Below are positions 1-9,101 of a stretch of 57,145 nucleotides of DNA, one piece after another. This stretch comes from a virus (Duplodnaviria > Caudoviricetes): positions 1 through 57,145 of IMG/VR virus record IMGVR_UViG_3300021085_000037; one strand, written 5' to 3'. Numbering within the stretch: the stretch's first letter is position 1; each line of letters begins with the position of its first letter. The position numbers were made by a program, and so were the translations under genes. Under the pieces are notes generated by a model that was given only the letters and a program-made list of their open reading frames with translations, made no database searches and was not told the origin of the DNA.

Positions 1-1
1 A

Positions 2-298
2 CTGAAAACAGATGATGTGTATTATATAAAAGCATTTATGAAATACATAGAAAATCTTGAATCAAAGTTAAGTGAAGTTAGTAAAGCACATAGAAACATA
101 TTGAATGATTATCAGTCACCTATGTGGCTGATGACATACAACGATATGGTCGAGGGTTCACTACACGAAGTAGTGACAAACGATCCAAAATTATATCTTA
201 ATAGACTTAACAGAGATAGAGTAGCAGATGGTGAACTTCCTGATAAGATGGAAGAGTATACCAAAACATTAATTAAATTAGAAACCTTTAAAAAATAA
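2..298 (+). CDS. Hypothetical protein, probably 5'-truncated by the window edge
   Basis: ORF track gives 17..298 from a GTG, but the frame is open from position 2 (CTG AAA ACA GAT GAT GTG). Confidence 0.6.
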   Translation: MKTDDVYYIKAFMKYIENLESKLSEVSKAHRNILNDYQSPMWLMTYNDMVEGSLHEVVTNDPKLYLNRLNRDRVADGELPDKMEEYTKTLIKLETFKK

Positions 299-302
299 AA
301 CT

Positions 303-575
303 ATGGGAAAAACAAGAGAAGTAAAAATCAGTAGCAGAACTATATACTCAAAATATTGTGAGATATATATTGAAATACCTAAAGACTTACCTCAAGAAAA
401 AGTAGAGGAATGGTTATTCGAAAACGAAATAAAGTGGACTGATGCTATCGACAATGCAAATGGTCAAGCAACATTAGACTTTGGATTTGGATTAGGAGAT
501 GGTATGGATGAAAAGGATAGTGAACACGAGATGAGATTTGATATAGTAGGGGAACAATATGGTGGACATATATAA
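303..575 (+). CDS. Hypothetical acidic protein (90 aa)
   Basis: ATG with A-rich leader 4 nt after the upstream stop; no recognised motif. Confidence 0.7.
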   Translation: MGKTREVKISSRTIYSKYCEIYIEIPKDLPQEKVEEWLFENEIKWTDAIDNANGQATLDFGFGLGDGMDEKDSEHEMRFDIVGEQYGGHI

Positions 576-699
576 ATACTCTGATGAGCAACACTGAAAG
601 GTGGCGAAACAATGATGGGAGTTGAATGGTGATTAGCTAACATACCAACTTAATGAGAGACAAACAAGATACCAAACTCTCTCCTATCATTGTCAGTAT
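576..699 (+). ncRNA. Hammerhead ribozyme, type I
   Basis: Stem I ATACT 576-580 pairs with AGTAT 695-699. Core CTGATGA is at 581-587. Stem II is GC-AA-CACT-GAAA-GGTG-GC at 588-605, followed by GAA at 606-608. Stem III ACAATGATGGGAG 609-621 pairs with CTCCTATCATTGT 681-693 (13 bp, one G-U). GTC cleavage triplet is at 692-694. Confidence 0.9.
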
Positions 700-719
700 A
701 AATAAAATAAAATAAAACT

Positions 720-1439
720 ATGCCTAATTATGTATATGCTGGGATAACATTAGATGAAGTTTCAGCTGATCAAAAAAAGATTCTCAAAAAAATAGAAGAG
801 AAAGGATCGTTCTGTAATTATTACATAACAATGCCTGAAGAATTAAAAAATATTGTAATTGGTAAAACAATTATAAATGGAAAAGAATATAAACTATATA
901 GACAAGTAGATGGTAAAGATGTAGGAATTTCTGAAAGAGAAAAGAAAATGTTACTTGCAGTCTATGGTGCAACAAACTGGTATGACTTTAGAATGAATGC
1001 CTTTGATACTAAATGGGGAGACTGCGAACTTGAAGTAGATATTGATGGTGGTCAGCTGAATTTTAATACTGCTTGGTCACCAGTTGGTGACAAAATATTA
1101 AATATGTTTGCAGAAGACTTTCCTAATTTTAATTACTGGTACGAAGAAGAAACTGGATGGGGAGGTGAAAGAGATTATGAGAAAGGTAAAGTTGTAAGAG
1201 ATATGTTTTATGAAGAACCTGAATGGGAAGAAACAGAATATGAGATAGGTGATTCAGTATATACTATAACTGAACTTGAAAACGATCATCCAAACTATGA
1301 AGATGGTAAAGGATTCTATGTAGATTATTCTCACGAGTTTGCTGGTAAAACATTAGAAGAAGCAAAGAAGTATATTGATGAGCAACATAAAGAATGGATG
1401 AAGACAAGAGGAAAATCATTTGAAGAACTAATAAAATAG
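720..1439 (+). CDS. Api92/YubB-like ferredoxin-like domain protein (DUF1281-related)
   Basis: MPN start with NWYDFR..FDTKWG and LNFNTAWSP motifs typical of this family. Confidence 0.65.
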   Translation: MPNYVYAGITLDEVSADQKKILKKIEEKGSFCNYYITMPEELKNIVIGKTIINGKEYKLYRQVDGKDVGISEREKKMLLAVYGATNWYDFRMNAFDTKWGDCELEVDIDGGQLNFNTAWSPVGDKILNMFAEDFPNFNYWYEEETGWGGERDYEKGKVVRDMFYEEPEWEETEYEIGDSVYTITELENDHPNYEDGKGFYVDYSHEFAGKTLEEAKKYIDEQHKEWMKTRGKSFEELIK

Positions 1440-1441
1440 CT

Positions 1442-1756
1442 ATGAAAAATATTTATGAAGTAATACAAAAAGAAAAAATGAAAAGTAAAAGAGACAGAGA
1501 CTACATACAACTATTACAACAAATTGCAGACAAGTCAGAGTCAGCAGTAGAATTTGTAAAAGATGTAAAGACTCAAAGATTTTTAGATAAATTATATAAA
1601 GATAATATTATAGAACTGGATGATTATTTCAAGTATAGTGGAATGAGAGAACATAAGAATAAGATTATAAATGATCCGATCAAACCAGCTGAAAAGAAAA
1701 CATTAAAAATTGAGAACGATATGAGTAAGTATAAATTAAAAAATTATAGAAAATGA
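1442..1756 (+). CDS. Hypothetical protein (104 aa)
   Basis: Co-oriented ORF with tight spacing and ATGA overlap with the next gene. Confidence 0.65.
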   Translation: MKNIYEVIQKEKMKSKRDRDYIQLLQQIADKSESAVEFVKDVKTQRFLDKLYKDNIIELDDYFKYSGMREHKNKIINDPIKPAEKKTLKIENDMSKYKLKNYRK

Positions 1757-2028
1757 AAACAGAAGACTTAATTAAAGAAGTTGGAAGAGAAGTAGTAATG
1801 CTTCTTCTTGAAAAGAATAAAGCATACGGAGACACTGCAAATAAACCACCTAAAATATTTTCAAAACTATCAGCGAAAGAAGGAATACTGGCGAGGATAG
1901 ATGACAAGTTAAGTAGAATTAAACAAGTAGGTATCAATGATAAAACAGAAGATACTTTACTTGATCTAATTGGATACCTTATATTGTATAGAGTACAATG
2001 TAAGATGGAAGAAATTAAAAAAAGTTAA
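1753..2028 (+). CDS. DUF1599 / nucleotide-modification-associated domain 1 protein
   Basis: LLEKNKAYGD, RIDDKLSRI and EDTLLDLIGY motifs. Confidence 0.75.
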   Translation: MKTEDLIKEVGREVVMLLLEKNKAYGDTANKPPKIFSKLSAKEGILARIDDKLSRIKQVGINDKTEDTLLDLIGYLILYRVQCKMEEIKKS

Positions 2029-2034
2029 ACATAA

Positions 2035-2066
2035 TTTGCTCAAGTAATACAAAAGTATTATATTTG
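2035..2066 (+). promoter_or_regulatory. Bacteroidota primary-sigma promoter (-33 TTTG / -7 TAnnTTTG)
   Basis: TTTG at 2035-2038, 20-nt spacer, TATATTTG at 2059-2066, 20 nt upstream of ATG 2087. Confidence 0.75.
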
Positions 2067-2086
2067 CAGAACTTAAATTAAATTAA

Positions 2087-2380
2087 ATGAAGAAGAATAT
2101 ATTTGATGCATATGCATTAGCAATAGCAAAGCAATTTCATCTAACTTTGGATCAGATGTTTACTAAAACTAAACGGAGAGAAATTGTAGATGCAAGACAA
2201 ATGCTTTACTATTTATGTATGGAAAGACCTATTAGAATTTCATACATCCAAAGATTCATGGAAGAAGCTGGACTATCAGTTTGTCACTCGACTATTATAC
2301 ATGGATACAAGAAAGCAAAAGAGATGATAGATAAAGATCAAGACTTCAAAGAAGTAGTAAGTGAACTTCAAGATGTATAG
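2087..2380 (+). CDS. DnaA C-terminal (domain IV) helix-turn-helix-like protein
   Basis: KTKRREIVDARQMLYYLC and HSTIIHGYKK resemble the DnaA domain IV R..ARQ..MYL..DH.TV.HA signature; no AAA+ domain. Confidence 0.75.
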   Translation: MKKNIFDAYALAIAKQFHLTLDQMFTKTKRREIVDARQMLYYLCMERPIRISYIQRFMEEAGLSVCHSTIIHGYKKAKEMIDKDQDFKEVVSELQDV

Positions 2381-2792
2381 TATAGAAGATATTTATCTAC
2401 AAGCTAAAAACGATTCAGGTGCTATAAAAATTAGTATGCTTAATGGTGATAGTGTAGTAAATAACGGAGTCAAGATACAGAAGTTTCCATCTAAAATAGA
2501 ACTCTTAAATTGTGGAAGAAGTGGGGATTTCTTTCAAGAGTTTAACGAAGAAGAGTATAATGTATTCTTTAAGTATGGATGGAAAGAGGGAGGAATTAGA
2601 TTATCAATGATGAATTGTAAAAGAAAGCTGGATCTAATTGAAGATAAGATTAGAAACGAAGTCAATACAAGAAAGAATGATAAGCATATTCAAAGATTAA
2701 AGACCAGTAGAGAAAATCTACTAATTAAATACAGCAACAGAAATATTAAATTAAATAAAATCAAATCAAATGGAAAAGAAAAACATCTTTAA
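2361..2792 (+). CDS. Hypothetical protein (start may be the second Met)
   Basis: Overlapping operon-like ORF with a basic coiled-coil C-terminus. Confidence 0.65.
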   Translation: MNFKMYSIEDIYLQAKNDSGAIKISMLNGDSVVNNGVKIQKFPSKIELLNCGRSGDFFQEFNEEEYNVFFKYGWKEGGIRLSMMNCKRKLDLIEDKIRNEVNTRKNDKHIQRLKTSRENLLIKYSNRNIKLNKIKSNGKEKHL

Positions 2793-3369
2793 GGAACTAT
2801 CTTCCATCTCTATCAAAGGGAAAACAGATAAGAAAGGAAAGTTTGACTACTTATCTTGGGCAACTGCTTGGAGTTTAATTAAGTCACAACATCCTGATGC
2901 ACAAAGAAAAGTTTATGAATCAGAACACACTGGACTAAACTTTTTTACAGATGGTAAGACTGCATATGTAAAGGTAGGTATTACTATAAATGGTATGGAA
3001 CATATTGATTACTTACCAGTAATGGACTATCGTAATAACTCTATACCTATTGAAAAGGTTTCATCTATGGATGTAAACACTGCAATACAAAGATCAACTG
3101 CTAAAGCTATTGCAATGCATGGATTAGGTTTATCTTTATGGATAGGTGAGGATACAATAATTACAACTACAACTCCAGTTAGTAAGACTCCAGTACCAAA
3201 GAAGCCAACTCACGTTGAATTAAATATAGGAGATGAAAACTGGGTTAAAGTATTAAACTATATTGGTTCTAATAAAGAGTTAGGGTTACCTAAAATTATA
3301 AAGAACTTGGAGGTGAAATACAAGATCAAGGCAGTAGTTAAGAAAGAACTTTCAAAAGCTATTAAGTAA
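2770..3369 (+). CDS. Sak-like single-strand annealing protein (DUF1071 family)
   Basis: YLSWATAW, LPVMDYRN and AIQRSTAKAIAMHGLGL motifs; adjacent to an exonuclease and an SSB-like gene. Confidence 0.8.
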   Translation: MEKKNIFKELSSISIKGKTDKKGKFDYLSWATAWSLIKSQHPDAQRKVYESEHTGLNFFTDGKTAYVKVGITINGMEHIDYLPVMDYRNNSIPIEKVSSMDVNTAIQRSTAKAIAMHGLGLSLWIGEDTIITTTTPVSKTPVPKKPTHVELNIGDENWVKVLNYIGSNKELGLPKIIKNLEVKYKIKAVVKKELSKAIK

Positions 3370-4106
3370 TGGAAAGTGTACTTGAAAAATTAAAAAGTGA
3401 TGAGCACTACTATGGAGAGTTTGGTAAACAATACTTATCTAACTCTGATATTATAACTCTGCTCAATGATCCTAAAAACTTTCGTAAGGATAAAGAAATA
3501 ACTAAACCAATGCTACTTGGAAGATACTTTCATACTGCAATGTTAGAACCTGAGAAAGTAAATTCAACAGAATTTTTAGAGATAGATGCTTCCAGTAGAA
3601 ACACAAAGAAATATAAAGAAGAAATCCTTACACATAATAAAAGTATTATGATGTTAAGTAAGGAGAAGATAGATATTGATAAAGCTATTTCTACTATGAC
3701 AAATAACTTAGAGTTCTATGAAGCTATCTATGATGAAAGAAACCTTTATGAAATTCCAGCAATAAAAGAAGTTCATGGAATGATGTGGAAAGGTAAGGCA
3801 GATATTGTTGCAGAAGATATGTTAATAGATCTTAAGACAACATCTAACATCAAAGACTTTAAGTATAGTGCAAGAAAATATAATTATGATAGTCAAGCAT
3901 ACCTATATCAAAAATTCTTTGGTAAACCTCTTGTATTCTATGTTGTAGATAAAACAACATATGAGTTAGGAATCTATCATCCATCTCAAACATTCTTGGA
4001 GTATGGTAAAGAGAAAGTAGAGAGAGCAATCGAAGTGTATAACAAATTTTATAGTAAAGATGCTGAAGAAAATATTGAATCGTACATCATTAAAGAAGTA
4101 CTTTAA
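3369..4106 (+). CDS. PD-(D/E)xK exonuclease (RecE/ExoVIII-like, DUF3799)
   Basis: YLSNSDI, LGRYFHTAMLEP, KGKADIV..LIDLKTT and YNYDSQAYLY motifs. Confidence 0.8.
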   Translation: MESVLEKLKSDEHYYGEFGKQYLSNSDIITLLNDPKNFRKDKEITKPMLLGRYFHTAMLEPEKVNSTEFLEIDASSRNTKKYKEEILTHNKSIMMLSKEKIDIDKAISTMTNNLEFYEAIYDERNLYEIPAIKEVHGMMWKGKADIVAEDMLIDLKTTSNIKDFKYSARKYNYDSQAYLYQKFFGKPLVFYVVDKTTYELGIYHPSQTFLEYGKEKVERAIEVYNKFYSKDAEENIESYIIKEVL

Positions 4107-4224
4107 AAAGAAAAGTGTAGTGTGGTTGCAAATTCCAACCGACCTCAATACACAAGCTGAAAGAGATAATCTCATGGAAGCTACAATGAACCAGTTGGAA
4201 AAAATTATTTATAAATCATTTTAA
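4060..4224 (+). CDS. Small hypothetical protein (54 aa, not in ORF track)
   Basis: Hand translation MLKKILNRTSLKKYFKKKSVVWLQIPTDLNTQAERDNLMEATMNQLEKIIYKSF*; fills the gap and stops 2 nt before the next ATG. Confidence 0.55.
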   Translation: MLKKILNRTSLKKYFKKKSVVWLQIPTDLNTQAERDNLMEATMNQLEKIIYKSF

Positions 4225-4226
4225 TT

Positions 4227-4484
4227 ATGGCAGAAGAAAAAATCTATGTAGGAAACGGGACATCAAAATTTGATGGAAACATGATCTCATGTAGCGTATG
4301 TTTAACAGACTTACCTCAAGAGCATATGTTCGAGTACAACGGAAAGAAGTACATTAAGTTAAATGTCTCGGCTAAAAGAGATGGTGCTGACGAGTATGGT
4401 AAAACACATTACTTATCAGTAGACACTTACAAGCCAGAGCCAAAGAAAGAAGAAGCACCTCAAGGTGAAGATCTTCCATTCTAA
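4227..4484 (+). CDS. Putative single-stranded DNA-binding protein
   Basis: Small beta-rich protein with acidic C-terminal EDLPF tail in a recombination module. Confidence 0.65.
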   Translation: MAEEKIYVGNGTSKFDGNMISCSVCLTDLPQEHMFEYNGKKYIKLNVSAKRDGADEYGKTHYLSVDTYKPEPKKEEAPQGEDLPF

Positions 4485-4508
4485 ACATTGGCTAACACAA
4501 GAAAAGTT

Positions 4509-4538
4509 AGGGGACTCGTTCCCCTTTCTTTTTCTTTT
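4509..4538 (+). terminator. Intrinsic terminator
   Basis: AGGGGA-CTCGT-TCCCCT hairpin followed by a T-rich tract after the SSB-like gene. Confidence 0.75.
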
Positions 4539-4542
4539 AACT

Positions 4543-4644
4543 ATGTCGATATGTCAATCAAAAACAATTTATAGAGTAGTACTAATATTTATTTATATAT
4601 TTATTCTTTCTTTATTTTTTTCTTTTTCTTTAACATATTAACAT
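4543..4644. repeat. Iteron-like inverted repeat element (candidate origin or operator)
   Basis: ATGTCGATATGTCAA at 4543-4557, TAGTACTA palindrome at 4577-4584, AT-rich tract, and degenerate inverted copy TTAACATATTAACAT at 4630-4644. Confidence 0.6.
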
Positions 4645-4676
4645 AAAATAATAATAATAAAATACAATAAAATTTA

Positions 4677-7088
4677 ATGGAGATAACAATATTTAAAGAT
4701 ATTAAAGATACTGCTCAACCTTTTTATAGAGATGTATCAATAATATTAGACAGGATAAAACAGGGAGCATCACAAGAGATAGTGAGAGCAATCCGATCAG
4801 AAGGAGATAAAGAAAAAAGAAATCTAATAAAGCAGTCATTACCAGCAATTTGTTTTAGTGGTAAATTTACTAAAAGAAATGATAGTGCATTAAGTTTACA
4901 TAGTGGACTGATATGTTTAGACTTTGATAACTTCCCATCAGAGAAGTTAATGCTGGAAGAAAAAGAATTAATTACTAAAGACAGATATACTTATTCTGTT
5001 TTCGTTTCACCAAGTGGACTTGGATTAAAGGTGCTGGTAAAGATCCCAGCTGAAGAGGAAAACCACAAGAAGTTTTTTCAATCACTACAACATCATTATG
5101 GAAGCGAGTTCTTTGATGTGACATGTAAGAATGTATCAAGAGTATGTTATGAATCATATGATCCATTAATATATATCAACGAGCAATCAAGCGTATTCAA
5201 TCAAATTACAGAACAAGAATATCAAGAGGTAGTAAAACATAAAGATGTACAAACTATACCTATCACAGATGAAAACAAAATAGTAGAAATACTTATGAAG
5301 TGGTGGGAAAGAAAGTATGGATTTAAAAGTGGAGAGAGAAATAATAATGTATACATACTGGCATCAGCATTCAACGACTTCGGAGTTACACAGACTCTTG
5401 CTGAATATGTAATGAGTCCATACACCTCATCTGACTTTACAGAATCAGAGTTAAGAAGAACAATTAAATCAGCTTACGCACAAAAACAAAACTTTGGAAC
5501 TAAATATTATGAAGATGAAGAAAGAGTAAATTCTGTCAAACAAAAAATGAGAAAAGGAATGTCAAAGACAGACATCAAATCATCATTAGAAGAGTCCACT
5601 AATATAGATGATGTAGTTATTGATAATGTTCTTAGAAGATTTGAAGAAGAACAAGATGAGCAAAAATTTTGGACTAAAAGCGAGAAGGGTGTAGTAAAGA
5701 TTATTCACTTATCATTTAAAAACTTTTTAGAAGACAATGGATTCTATAAGTTTAGTCCCGAAGGAAGTAAGAACTATGTATTCGTTAGAGTAACAAACAA
5801 CCTAATCGAACATGCCTCAGAAAAAGAAATAAAAGATTTTGTATTGGAATATCTTTTAGAGATAGATGATACCAGTATATATAATTATTTTGCAGAATGC
5901 ACAAGATATTTTAGAGAAGAGTTTCTTACTTTACTTTCATCTATCAGCGTATACTTTATTGCAGATGATAAGGATACTGCTTACTTATACTACACTAATT
6001 GTGCAGTAAAGATTACTAAAAATGAGATTACTCCTATTGATTACTTAGACTTGGGTGGATATGTATGGAAGGATCATGTCATCGATAGAGTCTTTGATAT
6101 ATGTGAGATAACTGATTGTGATTTTAAAACTTTCGTATCCAATATATCAGGAAGTGATAGTAAAAGAACAAAGTCTATGGAATCCACAATAGGATTTTTA
6201 CTGCATGGGTGGAAGAATTTATCATACTGCCCAGCTACCATATTAAATGATGAGGTTATATCTGACAATCCTGAAGGTGGTACTGGTAAAGGTTTGTTTA
6301 TGACAGGGATATCTCATATGAAAAAGTTAGTAATGATTGATGGTAAATCATTTAATTTTGAAAAGTCTTTTGCTTACCAATTAGTTTCAGCTGATACACA
6401 AATACTATGCTTCGATGATGTTAGAAAACATTTTAACTTTGAAAGATTGTTTAGTGTAGTTACTGAAGGTTTAACATTAGAGAAGAAAAACAAGGATGCA
6501 ATTAAGATTCCTTTTAGTAAATCTCCAAAGGTTGCCATCACTACTAACTATGCAATTAGAGGTAAGGGTAATTCATTTGCTCGAAGAAAGTGGGACTTAG
6601 AGTTAAACCAATTCTATACTAAAGAGTTCACTCCACTGGTAGAGTTTGGTAAACTAATGTTTGGAGAATGGGATGATAATGATTGGTGTCAATTTGATAA
6701 TTATATGATTAAAAACTTGCAACTATATTTAGATAAAGGATTACTAAGAAGTGACTTTATAAATCAAAAGACAAGAGATTTTGTTGCCAATTCATCTCAC
6801 TCATTTGTAGAATGGTGCGGAGTAATAGATAACAGAAAGCATCCTAAGTTAGTAACTAAAACAACTATCTATAAGAATGATCTCTATTTAGATTTCATTG
6901 ATGAGTATCCTGACTTTGGGCCAAGAATGAAAGACTCTGTGAGTAGAAATGAATTTGGTAAGTGGTTAGTATCTTATTCTGAATTTACTTATGGATGTAA
7001 ACCATTAAGTGGAAGAGACATGATAGGAAGATGGATTGAGTTTGTAACTAAAAGCCATTATGAAAAACAAGAAAAATTAAAAATATGA
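4677..7088 (+). CDS. Primase-helicase (BT4734/VirE-N-like primase domain, PriCT-like domain, P-loop helicase)
   Basis: KQSLPAICFSG, HSGLICLDFD, SPSGLGLK, D..CKNVSRVCY, GERNN, Walker A PEGGTGKG and Walker B ILCFDD. Confidence 0.85.
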   Translation: MEITIFKDIKDTAQPFYRDVSIILDRIKQGASQEIVRAIRSEGDKEKRNLIKQSLPAICFSGKFTKRNDSALSLHSGLICLDFDNFPSEKLMLEEKELITKDRYTYSVFVSPSGLGLKVLVKIPAEEENHKKFFQSLQHHYGSEFFDVTCKNVSRVCYESYDPLIYINEQSSVFNQITEQEYQEVVKHKDVQTIPITDENKIVEILMKWWERKYGFKSGERNNNVYILASAFNDFGVTQTLAEYVMSPYTSSDFTESELRRTIKSAYAQKQNFGTKYYEDEERVNSVKQKMRKGMSKTDIKSSLEESTNIDDVVIDNVLRRFEEEQDEQKFWTKSEKGVVKIIHLSFKNFLEDNGFYKFSPEGSKNYVFVRVTNNLIEHASEKEIKDFVLEYLLEIDDTSIYNYFAECTRYFREEFLTLLSSISVYFIADDKDTAYLYYTNCAVKITKNEITPIDYLDLGGYVWKDHVIDRVFDICEITDCDFKTFVSNISGSDSKRTKSMESTIGFLLHGWKNLSYCPATILNDEVISDNPEGGTGKGLFMTGISHMKKLVMIDGKSFNFEKSFAYQLVSADTQILCFDDVRKHFNFERLFSVVTEGLTLEKKNKDAIKIPFSKSPKVAITTNYAIRGKGNSFARRKWDLELNQFYTKEFTPLVEFGKLMFGEWDDNDWCQFDNYMIKNLQLYLDKGLLRSDFINQKTRDFVANSSHSFVEWCGVIDNRKHPKLVTKTTIYKNDLYLDFIDEYPDFGPRMKDSVSRNEFGKWLVSYSEFTYGCKPLSGRDMIGRWIEFVTKSHYEKQEKLKI

Positions 7089-8320
7089 TAAAATTTAGAG
7101 ACTACCAAGAAGATATTATATCTAAGGGTGCAGATATACTCTGTGCCCACAAGTTCCTATACTTAGCTATGGAAGTAAGAACAGGTAAAACATTAACGAG
7201 CTTAGGAATATTAAATGAAGTACAAGTAAACAACGTATTGTTTGTTACAAAAAAGAAAGCAATATCAAGTATACAAAGTGATTATAATTTACTATCACCA
7301 TCGTTTCATTTTACAGTAATTAATTATGAGTCATTACATAAAGTAAATCAATTAGGATGGGATGCAATAGTGCTGGATGAAGCTCATGGAATGGGAGCAT
7401 TTCCTAAACCAAGTGGACGAGCAAAGAAAGTAAAAGAGTTATTTAAAAACTCCAGTCCATATGTTATACTATTAAGTGGAACACCTACACCTGAATCTTA
7501 TTCACAGATGTATCATCAAGTATATTATATTAATGGGAATCCATTTAGAATGTACAAGAACTTCTATCAATTTGCGAAGGACTTTGTGAAGGTAAAGAAA
7601 AAGAAAATAGGTGGTATGTTTATTAATGATTACTCAAAAGGAAGCGATCAGATAATAAAAGAAATGGAACGGTTTACTATTAGCCACTCTCAAAAAGAAT
7701 CTGGCTTTGTTGTATCTACAAAAGAGGTTGTATTAGAAGTAGATATGCCATCTAAAATATCTAAGATAATAAACAAACTTAAAAAAAATTTAGTAGTGGA
7801 GGGTGATAGAGAAGTTATTCTTGCTGACACATCTGTTAAGTTAATGACTAAGATACATCAGCTATGCAGTGGTACTATTAAATTTGAAAGCGGAAACTCT
7901 ATGGTACTTAGCGATTACAAAGCAGAGTTTATTAAGAATAAATTTAAAGGAAAAAGAATAGCTATATTCTATAAATTTAAACAAGAGTTAGAAGCATTAA
8001 AGTCTGTTTTTGGAGACAGGTTAGTTACAGAGTTGGAAGACTTTGATAAAGGAAGATCTAAAAAAGTAATTGCTTTACAGATATATTCAGGTAGAGAAGG
8101 TATATCATTAAAGAGAGCTGAAGCTCTTGTGTATTATAATATAGACTTCAGTGCTACAAGTTACTGGCAATCAAGAGATAGGATGACAACTAAGGATAGA
8201 TTAAAAAATGATATATACTGGATCTTCTCAAAAGGAGGTATAGAATCTGACATATATAAAGCTGTTCAAGCAAAGAAAGACTATACACTCAGACACTTTA
8301 AACGAGATTTATTATCTTAG
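7085..8320 (+). CDS. SF2 (SNF2-like) helicase
   Basis: RDYQ, MEVRTGKT, INYESLH, VLDEAH, LSGTP, GREGISL and QSRDR motifs. Confidence 0.85.
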   Translation: MIKFRDYQEDIISKGADILCAHKFLYLAMEVRTGKTLTSLGILNEVQVNNVLFVTKKKAISSIQSDYNLLSPSFHFTVINYESLHKVNQLGWDAIVLDEAHGMGAFPKPSGRAKKVKELFKNSSPYVILLSGTPTPESYSQMYHQVYYINGNPFRMYKNFYQFAKDFVKVKKKKIGGMFINDYSKGSDQIIKEMERFTISHSQKESGFVVSTKEVVLEVDMPSKISKIINKLKKNLVVEGDREVILADTSVKLMTKIHQLCSGTIKFESGNSMVLSDYKAEFIKNKFKGKRIAIFYKFKQELEALKSVFGDRLVTELEDFDKGRSKKVIALQIYSGREGISLKRAEALVYYNIDFSATSYWQSRDRMTTKDRLKNDIYWIFSKGGIESDIYKAVQAKKDYTLRHFKRDLLS

Positions 8321-8336
8321 CACTATAAAAAAGTGA

Positions 8337-8519
8337 ATGAGATTTGTACGTTTTTTATTAATATGGATAAGTGAAAACTTAGCTATTCCTTTTTGGGTAG
8401 TAGGTCATATTCATCTTTCCATTCATAGCTATCACGATCTCGTAGAGCTTTTATCTTCCATAAGTATGAACCTTATAGTAGCTATAGGATTCATGGAGGA
8501 TTATAGAAAAAACGGATGA
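8337..8519 (+). CDS. Small putative membrane protein
   Basis: Two hydrophobic segments; ATGA overlap with the next gene. Confidence 0.55.
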   Translation: MRFVRFLLIWISENLAIPFWVVGHIHLSIHSYHDLVELLSSISMNLIVAIGFMEDYRKNG

Positions 8520-8764
8520 CTGAACAGCAAATACAAAGTAAAAGAATTAAGCAATTAGAGTCGGAAGGGTACTATGTTCTTAAGCTAATCAAGACTAATA
8601 AGAATGGTATCCCCGACTTGATTGCAATACCACCTAACTGCGATGTATTATTTTCAGAGGTTAAAAAACCAACAGGTAAGTTATCTAAACTACAAGAATA
8701 TAGATTAAAAGAATTAGAAAAACATGGAGTTAAAACAGAAGTATATAAGGGAGGCGGGGTATGA
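8516..8764 (+). CDS. VRR-NUC domain nuclease
   Basis: TEQQIQ, GIPDLI, FSEVKK..GKLSKLQ motifs. Confidence 0.85.
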   Translation: MTEQQIQSKRIKQLESEGYYVLKLIKTNKNGIPDLIAIPPNCDVLFSEVKKPTGKLSKLQEYRLKELEKHGVKTEVYKGGGV

Positions 8765-9101
8765 TGTTGATGAAGCATTCGTAGAAAGCCTTCAAGGTAT
8801 GGACATAAGAACTGGAATAAAGATAGCCAACTTTATTGAGAAGCATGTAGGGTTAGTTCCTGAAAACGATCTTGTGTCTACTGTAATGGGTGGTGTTATT
8901 ATAGATGACAACAACGAACCTATTACCTTTGCTTTAGAAATGATAAGAACAGAATCTCCTTATGTAATATTATCTGATGTTCAACTAATAGATATGGATG
9001 AATACTTAGACTTAAGAAATTTAAATTTAAATATAAAATCAAATGAATCATTTAAAGGTACAAGCAATAAAGAATCTGGTAACATCCCAGACAGGACTTG
9101 A
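8724..9101 (+). CDS. Hypothetical protein
   Basis: Overlapping co-oriented ORF; no recognised motif. Confidence 0.6.
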   Translation: MELKQKYIREAGYDVDEAFVESLQGMDIRTGIKIANFIEKHVGLVPENDLVSTVMGGVIIDDNNEPITFALEMIRTESPYVILSDVQLIDMDEYLDLRNLNLNIKSNESFKGTSNKESGNIPDRT

